Made by a program: the position numbers and the translations under genes
Shown here: positions 49,598-63,084 of the stretch, one piece after another
How positions within the stretch are numbered: the stretch's first letter is position 1
Layout: each line of letters starts with the position of its first letter
Notes under the pieces: generated by a model
The model's database searches: none
Told to the model about the DNA's origin: nothing
What the model saw: only the letters and a program-made list of their open reading frames with translations
Source: Amoebidium appalachense
Lineage: Eukaryota > Protista > Ichthyosporea
Assembly: GCA_963693365.1 (NCBI GenBank)
Contig: CAVNZM010000010.1
Span: 6,325,794-6,389,793 of the forward strand
DNA length: 64,000 bases
Direction: 5' to 3'

Positions 49598-50261
49598 GTG
49601 TGTATACGTAACAGTACAGCCTGCACCCAGTTGCAATTTTGAGTTTTGGGGGATTTTGAAATGGGCCAATCAAAATATCGTCAACCAAATTTGAGGATGG
49701 CAAAGTCTACACATCACTTGAATGAACTTATGGTGTTTATCATCTGAGAATGCACTGTATGAATCACCTTCTACTGTAATGTCTAAATCCGTTATATCTC
49801 TCATATTTTTTTTAAGTTTTTAAATAAGAAAACGTTCTTCTGTGAGTGCTTTTTTGTGAAGCTTTCCTTTTGATGTAACGTTACTGGCCCCAAGTTCCCA
49901 CACACAAGATTTATTAGCCTGCCCACAATAAGATTGTTATATGAAATGACGTGACCTCAGTCTTATGCCATTTTCTCAATGTACAACGTAGTGAACTTGT
50001 GCACCTACTAGAATATGAGGCGATGAAACTTCGTTCGCGTTAGATTGCCCCCTCACTGCATGCTTCTTCTAGGTCACGGCCTAGCATACAACGCTGCCTT
50101 CTAACCTGCAAGAGAAATGTTAGCACAAAGACAGGGAGGTCCAAATGCCTTACAACTAGAATTTCGGACTTCCACATAATTCACACATTTCACAGAGGTT
50201 ATCTTTACGTTAGTCTTCCGCTTTTCCCATCCATTTTTCCCGGTATATATTATTCTTTAGA

Positions 50262-52575
50262 ATGTCAGATCCACCCCGAAGGCTGGTCAACGTTTATCAT
50301 AGCCGACAACTCCCCTATGCAAGGCGGCAGGCCCCTTTGCCGTCTCAAATAGGTGCAGGTCTCGTGCACGAAGCACAACCCCGCACCCGCTCCCGAAACA
50401 CGACCGTAAATATAGCTGGCACAGAGGCCTTGGCTCAAAGGGGGCGGTCACCTGATCGAGCAGATAGCCCCGTTGTGGCGGAACGGCAGGGAAGTCCACG
50501 TCCACAAGTGTCGAACTCAGACATGTTCAATGCAAACTCCCCTGGACTGCTGCAGAACGCAGATAACGAGGCAGACAGTAATAAACCGACCACTGAACCA
50601 AACGGCAAACCTGCAAGCACGGCAAACTTTATAGCGGCGGGATATATTAAGAGTTACGTTGTTGGCAAGAGACCCATCGGCTACACTTGTTTGTACACGT
50701 CGTATGATTGTGAAAAATGCGAGACAGGCAAGTGTCCAGGTCATTGCCAAAGAGAAACGGTTGGAATGGTGTGGGACCGAGCTGCCCCTGCTCAACATTT
50801 TGAAGGACGTGCCTGGTATTATGTCCACTTTGGAAATCTGCGAGCATGGCGAAAGCCTCCTTGCCTTTAAGGAGGCGTGCTGGATCGACATGCACTCACA
50901 CCTACGTGACATCAAGCGTATGACCGAGGACACTGCGCGAGAGCTCTTTTACCACATTGTTCGCACCGTTGCCTCCTGCCACGAGAAAAACATTGTTCTG
51001 CGTGATTTGAAACTGAACAACATTGTGTTTACGACTCCCTCATGCACCACGGTAAAGGTCACGTCGCTCGACATGGCAGTGTCAGTAACTGAAGATAATG
51101 ATTTGCTGTTCGAACAACCAACAGGCCTGAGTCCTGCATACACGGCACCGGAGTGCCTGCAAAAGAAACCCTACTCGGGCAAGAAGGCTGACTCGTGGTC
51201 ACTCGGCATTATCCTGTAAGTATCCCGTCCCTGTCCCCTCACTCCCACCTCCCCCCCTCTCCCTGCCCAAAAAAAAAAAAAACATATACCATAGTGATTT
51301 TATTAGTCTCCCCCCCCCTCCCCCCCCCCTTCGTATTGGTTTTATTAACCCCCCCTTCCCCCCCCCCCCCCCTTGCCCTGGCGCATGAAAAAGGACTGAT
51401 AAAACTACTATGTAGTAATGTTAGTTTTATCAGTCCATGTCGGTCATGTCCGTGAGCTGGAAGGTTATCCCCCCCCTCCCCCCCCCCCCCCCTCTCTTGG
51501 GTCCTCCCTGAGGATGGGCTCTGCTTATGACGCATACTGTGCACATGGCTGATGTTGCATACTTGAATGTTTGCCTTTGCATGTGTCCTGCACCATGCTT
51601 CTCGTCGTGTATGCGTACTTCGTACCGTGTTACGCATTCAAAACCCCCCCAGTCTTCTTTCAGAGGTATCCTTTCAGGACAGACCACTGTGTGGAGACCG
51701 CTTTACTTCCATGCAACCGGGCATGGTTGTTCTGTGTCGTGCATCTGTAAGCACATGCACATTTTTTCGCTGCACTGCATTAGTTTGCACACACATCTTC
51801 ACCGTTTTGCTCACCTTGCTTGCATAAGCAACCCTGCTCGTCTTTGATCAAGACGGGTTGACCCGCCCAAGTTCAGTTGATGCTGCTGTCTGAGTTGGAG
51901 CGTCGTATATACGCGGGCTAAGGGGTCGAAACTCAGACGCAATTGATGACTTGGGTCCTCCCTGAGGATGGGCTCTGCTTATGACGCATACTGTGCACAT
52001 GGCTGATGTTGCATACTTGAATGTTTGCCTTTGCATGTGTCCTGCACCATGCTTCTCGTCGTGTATGCGTACTTCGTACCGTGTTACGCATTCAAAACCC
52101 CCCCTCCCCTCTAACCCCCCAACACACACATATGATCAACACCATGCTTATCTGTCTTCCCCCCCCCCCCCCCCCCCCCCCCCTCCTCGTCCCCCTCCGC
52201 AGGTATGCCATGGTCGTGGGCACCTACCCGTTCACGGACGACACCACCACCAAGCTCGAACAGAAGATCCTGTCGGGCAAATACAACGTCCCCAGCAACC
52301 TGTCAGTGACGGTACGCTGCCTCCTGTCGTCACTCCTTCGCACCAGTCCGGCCATGCGACCCGTCCCAGCTGAAGTTCTTCGCCACCCCTTCCTTGTGCG
52401 CGCGTCAACATCTGCGCAAAACTATCACTACGACTACCAGACGTCGATGCCTGGGGGTCTGACGCCTGGGGGGTTCGACCACTTCTCGCTGTCGGAGGCG
52501 GCGCAGAGGAGCAGGCGGAGGAATGCAGCGGGGGTGGAGGTGGATGAGAAGGACCAGATGGTGCCGGGCAACTGA
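50262..52575 (+). CDS. TRIB: Tribbles-like pseudokinase (2 exons; apparent +1 frameshift near 50735)
   Basis: Exon 50262-51215 (CT|GTAAGT) and exon 52203-52575. Motifs: DMHSHLRDIKRMTEDTARELF, IVLRDLKL (LRDLK in place of HRD), SLD in place of DFG, [45 protein letters not shown], and C-terminal DQMVP resembling the Tribbles COP1-binding motif. The N-terminal ORF (50262) and the kinase ORF (50659) are in different frames. Confidence 0.85.
51497..52103 (+). mobile_element. Third copy of the structured poly-C-associated element (453-bp monomer plus terminal repeat), in the Tribbles intron
   Basis: 51497-51650 is repeated at 51950-52103. Near-identical to 43028-43600 apart from ~31 extra bp at ~51722-51752; flanked by C-rich tracts. 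Confidence 0.85.
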
Positions 52576-52785
52576 GAGTGCAATGAGTAGTGACGTCAAG
52601 GCCGGAGTGCAACGAGTAGTGACGTCAAGAGGCCGGAGTGCAATGAGTGAGAGTGACGTCAAGAGGCCGGAGTGCAATGAGTAATGACGTCAAGGGGCCG
52701 GAGTGCAAGGAGTCGTGACGTCAAGAGGCCGGAGTGCAAGGAGTCGTGACGTCAAGAGGCCGGAGTGCAATGGGTAGTGACTTCA
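52576..52785 (+). repeat. 29-34 bp minisatellite (about 6.7 units), each full unit carrying TGACGTCA
   Basis: Consensus GAGTGCAA(T/G/C)GAGT(A/C)GTGACGTCAAGAGGCCG, starting immediately after the TGA stop; six perfect TGACGTCA and one TGACTTCA. Confidence 0.92.
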
Positions 52786-53783
52786 GAATGAAGAAATGGA
52801 TTGACGGACAAAAAGATTCAATGTGCAAAGGGCCCTCTGCAGCCGTATGTGTTTGTGCTGAGCAGTGCGGTTTCTTTTTGTTTCACATCTAAATACAATT
52901 CTTTATTGTGTTGTGCGCTTTTTGAGCTGTTGAACCCCTGACCCAGGGGCTGGAGGTAGCCTCTATGCTAGTTCTGCAAGTGTTTTGTGACGTTGGTACA
53001 ATGAGAGTGACATATTGCTGTTAGAGAAGGTTGTTGGTGGTTGCTGGCGGTGGTGTTCGTGACCGGGCAGTTCTGCAAGTAGTTAGTGAATGTGGCGTGA
53101 TTACGCGTGATTACAGTTTTCTGTATGTCTGGTGAATGGACGCGATTCAAGATGCATGTATGTCGAGATCTGTTAGGGTGATCGTCCACTGGACTCTGTC
53201 CCTCTTTTTAAGATTTATGTGCTGTGCAGTCTTTGTGTCCTCTTTTTCTTCTTTCGAATTTAGATCATCTTTCCCCCCTTTTTTTTTACCATTTAGATGT
53301 TCCTTTTTGTATGATCCTTCTTCTGTCTGTCTCTCTCTATCTCCTCTCTCTTTTTAATCAGTTAGATGTGTATGGTATTAGGTGATGACTAATGGTTGAT
53401 AAACTAATATAATGTGTCCTTCCTGTGTCAAATGAGATGTGTGAGGTGTATACTAGCGTTCATGTAGCCAGTCACGAGTTTACCGGCAAATACAACATAT
53501 ATCTAGCTAGCCACCCAACAAACATAAATACCGAAAATGCGAAATTGCTGCTGCAACACAAGGTCATCCCCCCCCCCCCCCCCCCCCCCCCCCCACCCCC
53601 CCACTCCCCGCGCGCCAACCCACAACCCACAACCCCCAATCAAAGGGAGTGGGAAAAAAAAGAAAAAAAAAACAAAAAAAAAAAAACTCAACTGCCCCTC
53701 TATACGCAAAGTTTTTAGAACTTTGTAATTGCAAGCAGTACACTGGTACGGTTGCGATACCACTTTAACCCCCTTTAACTTTT

Positions 53784-53818
<35 letters not shown>

Positions 53819-54430
53819 AAAAAAAAAAAAAAAAAAAAAAAAACCACCACACCACACACACACACACCACATGGCGGCATACACACCTGCAAATACACAC
53901 ACCTGCATGTGCACACACACACACAAACAAACACACACATACACACACACACACACACACAAACATGGTCCCCCGTCCCAGCTGTGACCAACACCGCATC
54001 CACCACTATCCTCCCCCCCCCCCCCCCCCCTATCGTCGACATCCTTCCCAAAGTTGTAATAATATGCCTAATTAGATACATAGATTTGCGCGAAATCTCT
54101 GTCACATTGAATCTTACACCTCTCCTTATGGTACTAGTCTGCTACATTTAATCTAGCAGGAAATGTAGATACTTCAGATTTTTTGTTGAGTTCTGTTTCG
54201 AATTGTTGTCATGCGTTGAATAGGCTGTAATTTTCATGGGGTTTGCGCTGTTTACTCGAGGCAAAGAGAAACCAGTCTCATGTATGGGGGGGGTTTTGCT
54301 CGGAATATCCCCTCAGCGGTATATCATGATCACGTACATAGATGTCGGGTGATGACTATATATCAGGGTTTACTTTCTCTACGAGACACCATAAAGCCTA
54401 CAAAGAGAAATCAATTAGTTGGGGTTCCCC

Positions 54431-54431
<1 letters not shown>

Positions 54432-54467
<36 letters not shown>

Positions 54468-54498
54468 GGGCTCCCCTGGGACACTCGGTATCAGCTGG

Positions 54499-54579
<81 letters not shown>

Positions 54580-55810
54580 TGCGCTAGAATTTTGTAGTGA
54601 TGTGTTTCTCAAGCCAATCAATACATCTAATAAACAGGTCGTAGTTACGCGTGTTTAGTATAAAATCAAGGATGTTGTAATTTACAGGTAGGCTATCTTT
54701 CTGGGTGTCTGTTGTGAATGTGACGTGTGTGTGTTGCGGTATTATGTGGTCTATCAAACTACATTTGGCGATACATGACCGATTAAACTGGTGTGTGTGT
54801 GTGTTGTTTGGGCATGCAAATGATGCCACCTTATACTTATTAGATCTCCACTGTATAGCACGTGTACAGTAAAAGCGTGGTAATTGATCAATAATACCAT
54901 CAGCTAGAGAAATACCAGTTCTACAGGAAGGTAATATGTATTTAGGTGTTATACATTTGCGAGTGCCATATTTGGCAATATGGTTGAGGCGATCAGTATG
55001 TATAAAACGAGACATAAGGCTTAGTTTTTCAAGGTGTATGCTTTCATCGGGTCTAGTGTCGTGTGGTATCTTTTTCCATTTGTTATATTGCGTGATTATC
55101 TTGTGACTGTGTACATGTTTAATAAGTAAGTGGCAGTCCAAAGTCACACACACACTTTTGTGGGGTTTATTTGTATTTGTGCCCAGGGGAGAAGGGGAGA
55201 GAGAGGGAAGGAAAGAGGGGAGAGGTGAGGAGGGGACAGGTCGGATAGAGAAGAGAGGGTGGGAGGGTAAATACTTCTTTAAGCGGCTTATGTGCTTATT
55301 GAATTTCCGCGCGAGATAGGATACTCTAGCAGCTATTGGGACCAGACCATATATCGAGAGCGTTACAGGCCCAGGTTTACAACAGTTGTTAGATAGAAAG
55401 GAGGCAACTTCTGCTTCAAGGAAATCTGCCAAGGGTTTAAGCGCTCTAGTTCTCTCTTTCTTGATCCAAGCGGCGAGAAGGGGTAAACCATATTCACATG
55501 CCGGGAAGACAAAAGTGCGAATAAATGTAAGTCTAATAGAAGGATGGAGGGGTGTGTCTTTAAAAATATTAGCCGAGAAGAAAGCTAACCGCTTACGAGC
55601 CAACTCTACCCTCTTTTCGACCATATGGGAAAATATAACACCAACAGAATTAACCGGAACACCAAGATATTTGTATTCTGGAACTATAGGTACAGGTTTA
55701 GATGATAATGTAAATGTGTGTAAATTGTTAGCTATATCAGGTACAAGAACACCACATTTGTCTATGTTAAGGATCATAAGGTTTGCCTTGCACCACATGT
55801 CAAAAAGTGT
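54432..55810 (-). mobile_element. 5'-truncated non-LTR retrotransposon (family B): end of RT, thumb, Cys/His C-terminus, 3'UTR and poly(A)
   Basis: Open 404-aa ORF 55798-54584 with WCKANLMILNIDKC and EYKYLGV (final RT motifs), FIRTFVFPACEYG, and WRSN..C..H.FNRSCIAKC..ILDFILN; followed by (CA)n and an A-run (T-run 54432-54464 on +). Confidence 0.85.
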
Positions 55811-55837
55811 GCCCTTTTATCAAAATTGATACCGGCA

Positions 55838-56934
55838 TGGAGAGTGCAGGCAGGTGTCTTCGGTTATTTAGGGATGTGTATCTTGCTACTCTTTCTCATA
55901 CTGTCCACCTATACAATCGTCTTAGTATATTTCGCACATATATTCGCCCTTTGTCTGAATACGGGTTGCCCTTACTAGCTATGGCACCCCCTGATACTGT
56001 TACTAATGTCCTCAAATCATTAGATGATTTCCACTACACAACTTGTTGTACGTTTCTCACTGGTCTTTCCACACCTATCCCTAGACGCCTTTTTGATTCT
56101 CTCTACGCACTCACACCACCATCACAACGCGTACACGAATTAGCCCTTAAATTTCACGAACACATCACCCGCCTGTCCGCTTGTGCCCCGGACCACCCAC
56201 TCTTCCTGCTACACGCATCCCGGCCGGACTCGCCCCTCTACCTCTTCCCTTCCCCATCGTCTCTGCCCATTGCCGAGCGTTATGTGGAATGGCTGGCGAC
56301 CCCACCGGAGGTACGGCTAGATCATAGTGTGAATATGAATAGTTTCAAGTCTATGGCTGATAGATATCTTTTTACTCTACGTGTTGAGTCCCTTCCGGTG
56401 TTAGGACCGCTAAAACACCAACTACTAGTAGCCTATATGGCGGATACGGTTAGAGAATCTCGTTCATACATAGATTCGTTTATTCGTAATGTGGTGTGGT
56501 GTAAAAACGCAAAGATGATTATGGATTGGCGCTGTAATCGGTTTCTGGTGTCTCCTGCTCGTATGTGTAATATGTGTGGGGGGCGGTTTACTCGCGGCTG
56601 CATATCTATCAATAAGTGCAACCTGTTAGCTAACGTATTAGAACCGGAGGTTATTGGCGGTTTTATTCTCTTTTCTTCCTCTCTTCCTCAATATATCCGT
56701 TTTAAGATGACTATCCTAGATCACCTTATTAATGCTGCACAGTATGATATTGTGATCCGGTGCCCTAACTTTCTTTCGGAGCTACCGATGCTAGCCTCTG
56801 CTTACCCATAATATGTAATAGGGGTGTCATATACTACGATGGCGCTCATTGTTGCCTAGCATGTACATATGGGGTTTACACACTTTATATTGCGTGGACA
56901 CTGCCGGAGGCCCAGCCACATTCGACGGCCTACT
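55838..56934 (+). mobile_element. 5'-truncated non-LTR retrotransposon (family C), post-RT region
   Basis: Open ORF to 56811 with FRTYIRPLSEYGLPLL, PDHPLF, WRCNRF..CNMC..FTRGC..C..ILDHLIN, colinear with families A and B. The 3' boundary is approximate. Confidence 0.8.
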
Positions 56935-58369
<1,435 letters not shown>

Positions 58370-58386
58370 CTCTAGAGCACTCTGTC

Positions 58387-58524
<138 letters not shown>

Positions 58525-58736
58525 ACGTCGCTCTCTTTCTTTAAATTTTAGGGCTCTCCCGACCCTGGGCGGCCGATTTATGAGCTTTGCAAGCCAAAGC
58601 GAATTAAATTTCTTGTCACAAACAGACAATTCCATCTCAACATCGAACACAAGCACTTCGTTCAGCTGCAGACAGTGACGGCACTGTGATTTTGATTCCC
58701 GAGGCCTGGTACTCCATTTATGGCTATTCGTCCGTT

Positions 58737-58750
58737 ATATGACGTCATAT
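58737..58750. promoter_or_regulatory. Perfect 14-bp palindromic CRE/ATF-type site upstream of the GRDP-PHD gene
   Basis: ATATGACGTCATAT, about 210 bp before the ATG at 58958. Confidence 0.35.
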
Positions 58751-58957
58751 GTACACAAAAGTGGCAATATTCTCAAGAACAGTCTCACTTGACAGCTAGC
58801 ACTTCATGAGACACTTTCATCGGCACTCCACAAAAGTAAGAGCAAGCGTGTCTTGGAGGCAGGGTTGCGGTGTGATGTCTCTGTGACTGCAAAGTGTCAG
58901 GGAGTTAGCACCCTTGAATTGGTATGTTAGCACTTGATAACTGAAAAAATCCAGAAG

Positions 58958-59908
58958 ATGGGTCCCCAGGAGCCAACAGATTTCTTCGTCAAGCTGCGAG
59001 CAAGCGAGCTGGCAGGAAACACAACATCCGAGAGGGTTTTGGAGCTAGTTTCACGTTTTCCTACGATTTTTCCTTGGGAAAAGGCTGCTGAACTCCTTGT
59101 TAAGTGGGGTGCGGTTTCGGTGATTTCTGAGGCACGACCATACATGCACGAAGTAGCGCGGTTTCTTTTGCTTAAAATCACAAGTGATGATTTCGATGAT
59201 GTCCTGATTATGGCTTCCCCCGCTATCGATGTTGCTTGGTTGGCTATGATAGCTTTTCCCTCTGCGTATTTCAACTTCTGCCAAGTGCTTGGAAATAAGT
59301 TTATTATTGATAGGGATCCTTTGCGCGCGAATGATGGCCACAACACAACCAACCAGCTCCAAAACACACGTCATATTTATGAGCAAACGTTTGGTGTTCC
59401 AGCACCGGAAGAGATTTGGTCAAGCAGTTGGCACACAAGAACATTGCTTTCCTCTGTGGATCTTCCGAGTTTCGTTCGAGTGAAAGTGGAGCCGGCGGCG
59501 ACTTTGCTGTGCAATGAATGCCGAAATGGAGATCAAACGGAAGCCCTGCCGGTGCAAATGGGTGAGGAACCGGAAGAGGGATTGGCGCAACAGGAAGAAC
59601 TGGAGACACACACAGAGCAGAAAATAGACGATGAAGAACAGGAGGTGGTTGTAAGTAATGACAGAACGATTGTTGATGACGCCACATGCATCATTGGTGG
59701 GGAGGCGGAAGGAAATGGAGGTGAGCAAGACGGGGTCGAGAGCAGAGAGATGGGGGATGGATGTGTGCTGGACACGGGGAACAACATACAACAACAGGTA
59801 GGGCTTTTTTTGCTTGTAAGGTGTGGGTGCAGGTGCTCAATAAGGCGAGAAGGGGTGTGTGGTTATGGTTATGGGTGCACCGGGCATTGTGCAAGGGCTC
59901 TGTGGGAA

Positions 59909-59939
<31 letters not shown>

Positions 59940-61771
59940 GAGGGAGGGGGGGGGGGGGGGGGGGGGAGGGGGAGGGGGAGGGGGAGAGGGTGGGGGGGGG
60001 AAGCGAGGGGAGGGGAGGGGAAGGGGGGGAAGGGGGGGGGGGAGGAAAGGGGGGGGGGGGGGGGGGGGGGAGGGGGAGGGGGGAGAGGGTGGGGGGGAAG
60101 CGAGGGGAGGGGAGGAAAGGGGGGGGGGGGGGGGGGGGGGGTTATGCGGTACACCTTTTTGTTGTGTTAGCATGTGAGAAGTGAGGAATATTTAAGCATA
60201 AGAAAAAGCTGGTGGAAAATCTTGTTCTTTGGTTGTGGACAACGGTTTTGGTGGTTGCAACAGTGTACCGACAGAGGGTGCTTGGGTTTTTTCAACAGTC
60301 CAGTAATGATCTTGAGCAGTGCATGGTTTGCTTGTGTATTAAGTGAAAGCACCGGGGGCCCGGTAAGAATAGAGTAAAGGATTTGTGGTTGAGGAAGTGG
60401 AAGGTCTGTTGTATGTGTGTGCTTCATTTATTTTCGTTCTTTCTTTCTTTCTTTCTTTCTTTCTCTCTTTTTCTTTTTCTTTTTCTGTTTTCTTTTCTTT
60501 TTTCTTTTTTTTTTTTGGGGGGGGGGGGGGTTACCAAAAAAAAAGGGAATAGATGGACCAAAATAAAGTGGCAGGATGGAGGATTTCCAAACTACCTTAT
60601 GAGGGGGGTTCTTTTCATGATCCGGGTCGGGTCAGACCCTAAAGGAATTTCAGCTTTGTGATGGTCTAGATGCGTGTCAAAAGGCATTTTATGGCCTGAC
60701 CCGAAAAGGCCTATAAATCGGCCCAAAAGGAACCCCCTTCAAAGTCTGTAAAGTCAACTCTAACTCTATTCAACACAAGATCTTCATATGCAGTACTTTA
60801 TACAGGAGAATAAACTTATGAAGAAGAACAGTGTCAACCCATCACTCTGTGGGTTTTTAGCTGACACAACCTCATCTATTTGTGGCCCTGTTTTCAGGGT
60901 TCGGTGCCTGGTTCAGAAACGGAGACAAATGGTGCTCCACACCCCACCGCGTGTTATCCAAACACGGCGCTAGGTGAGTGTGTTTGTGGTGTCTGTGCAT
61001 GATGTGGGGTAAGAAGTATCTGTAAGGTTAAGGTGAAATGGTATGTGGCTGTGAGCAAGTAATGGTTGTGGGGGAGAAAGGATGAATGTAGCTGCTACAA
61101 TGTATGGCTCAGCGGTTTAAGTAGAATGTAGGGAAAAGGGTTGTGGGCACGTCCATGCAGGGAGTGTTTTATTTTTCCCGTTGCAAAGGCTGGTGCTTTT
61201 GCCGTCATTTAGGGGAGGATGTTAGTTCAAGAACCGACAGAAGGAAAGAGGCTGAAATTCAGTTTCATTTCTTGTCTCTTTTCTTCTTCCCCGTCTCCTA
61301 TCTTCCTCCTCCTCCTCCTCCTCCCTCTATCTCTGACCTCTCTTCCTCTCTCCTTTTTTTCTCTTTTCTATTGTTTTTCCTTTTTTGTGGAGGTTCGGTT
61401 TGTGTGTGGGCGTGTGAGCGAAGTGTGATGGGCCTGTGGGTGGGTGGGCAGGGTAGGGTGGAAAGGGAGGGAGGGAAGGAGGGGGGGGGGGGGGGGGGGG
61501 GGGGGGAGGGAGGGAGGGAGGGAGAGAGGAGGGGAGGTGGTGGTGGTTGGGGTGTTTTTTTTTTTTTTTTTTTTTTTTTTGGGGGGGGGGGGGGGGGTGG
61601 AGTAGGGAGCGCTTACCTAGCAAAAAAGGATGGTGGACCATGACCATGGGGCTGTGGTCGGGTGATTGGGGGGTTGTTAGTGGGGAAGATGGCTAATGAA
61701 GGCCCTAACACTCCACAGAATGAGCTTCTGTTAGGCGTGGGGTGGTCGGTGTGCATGTTATTTTTTTTTTT

Positions 61772-61802
<31 letters not shown>

Positions 61803-62094
61803 GATGATTTAAAACTGGGAGCTCGGATGAATGGGTGGATGGATCAAGAATAATAACGGGATAGGTCGATAGATTATGAGTTCAAGCCGAAAAGGAAGGC
61901 ATGGTGGGTAATGTAAAGATGGGCCCAAATGCACACGGGGAAAGGTCGCGGAGTTGGGGCGTGGGGGGTGGGATGATGGATGTACCGGGGGTGGAACCCG
62001 AGGGAGAAATGCAATTGTAGTGGAGCTGGTGCGCACATCGCAGAGAAAACAAGATGAAGGCAGTTTTGAGAGAGAGAAATTTATAAAATTAGAA

Positions 62095-62133
<39 letters not shown>

Positions 62134-63021
62134 GAGGGGGTGCCAAGAGAGGGGCCGGGGGGAGGGGGCGGAGAGGGGGAAGCAGATGATGATAAAATTT
62201 CCATGCTGCAGAGTCTATTCTGGCATTATCTCCGTCTAGTAGAGTCAATGCAGCAGCAAAGATAGTGCGGTGCAGGTGCAACGTCAACGACAAGAACATG
62301 GACCTGCTGGCATGTACTGTGTGCAATGTGAGTGCCCTAGTGTACTGTGTGCAATGTGGGTGTACCGTGTGCAATGTGGGTGCCCTGGTGTACTGTGTGC
62401 AATGTAGGTGCCCTGGTGTATTGTGTGCAATGTGAGTGCCCTATTGTACTCTGTGCAATGTGAGTGCCCTGGTGTACTGTGTGCAATGTGAGTGTCGTGG
62501 TGTATTGTGTGCAATGTGGGTGTACTGTGTGTACTGTGTGCAATGTGAGTGTACTGTGTGCAATGCGGGTGTACTGTGTGCAACGTGAGTGCCCTGGTGT
62601 ACTGTGTGCAACGTGGGCGTACTGTGTGCAATGTGGGTGCCCCGGTGTACTGTGTGCAATGTGGGTGTACTGTGTGCAATGTGGGTGTACTGTGTGCAAT
62701 GTGGGTGCCCCGGTGTACTGTGTGCAATGTGGGTGTACTGTGTGCAATGTGGGTGTACTGTGTGCAACGTGGATGTACTGTGTGCAATGTGAGTGCCCCG
62801 GTGTACTGTGTGCAATGTGGGTGTACTGTATGCAATGTGGGTGTACTGTGTGCATTGTGGGTGTACTGCGTGCAGTGTGGGTGTCCTGTGTGCAATGTGG
62901 GTGTACTGTGTAGAGTGTGGGTATACTTGCAATCTGGGTGTACTGTGTGCAATGTGGGTGCCTCGGTATGCAGCCATCATCAACATACACACACACACAC
63001 ACACACGCACGCACACGCACG

Positions 63022-63084
<63 letters not shown>

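Noticed and set aside
52576-52785. CRISPR-like regularly spaced ~30-bp repeats
   Set aside because: Head-to-tail units with no unique spacers, no cas genes, and a eukaryotic context.
55386-55829. 147-aa plus-strand ORF
   Set aside because: Antisense shadow of the family B retrotransposon ORF.
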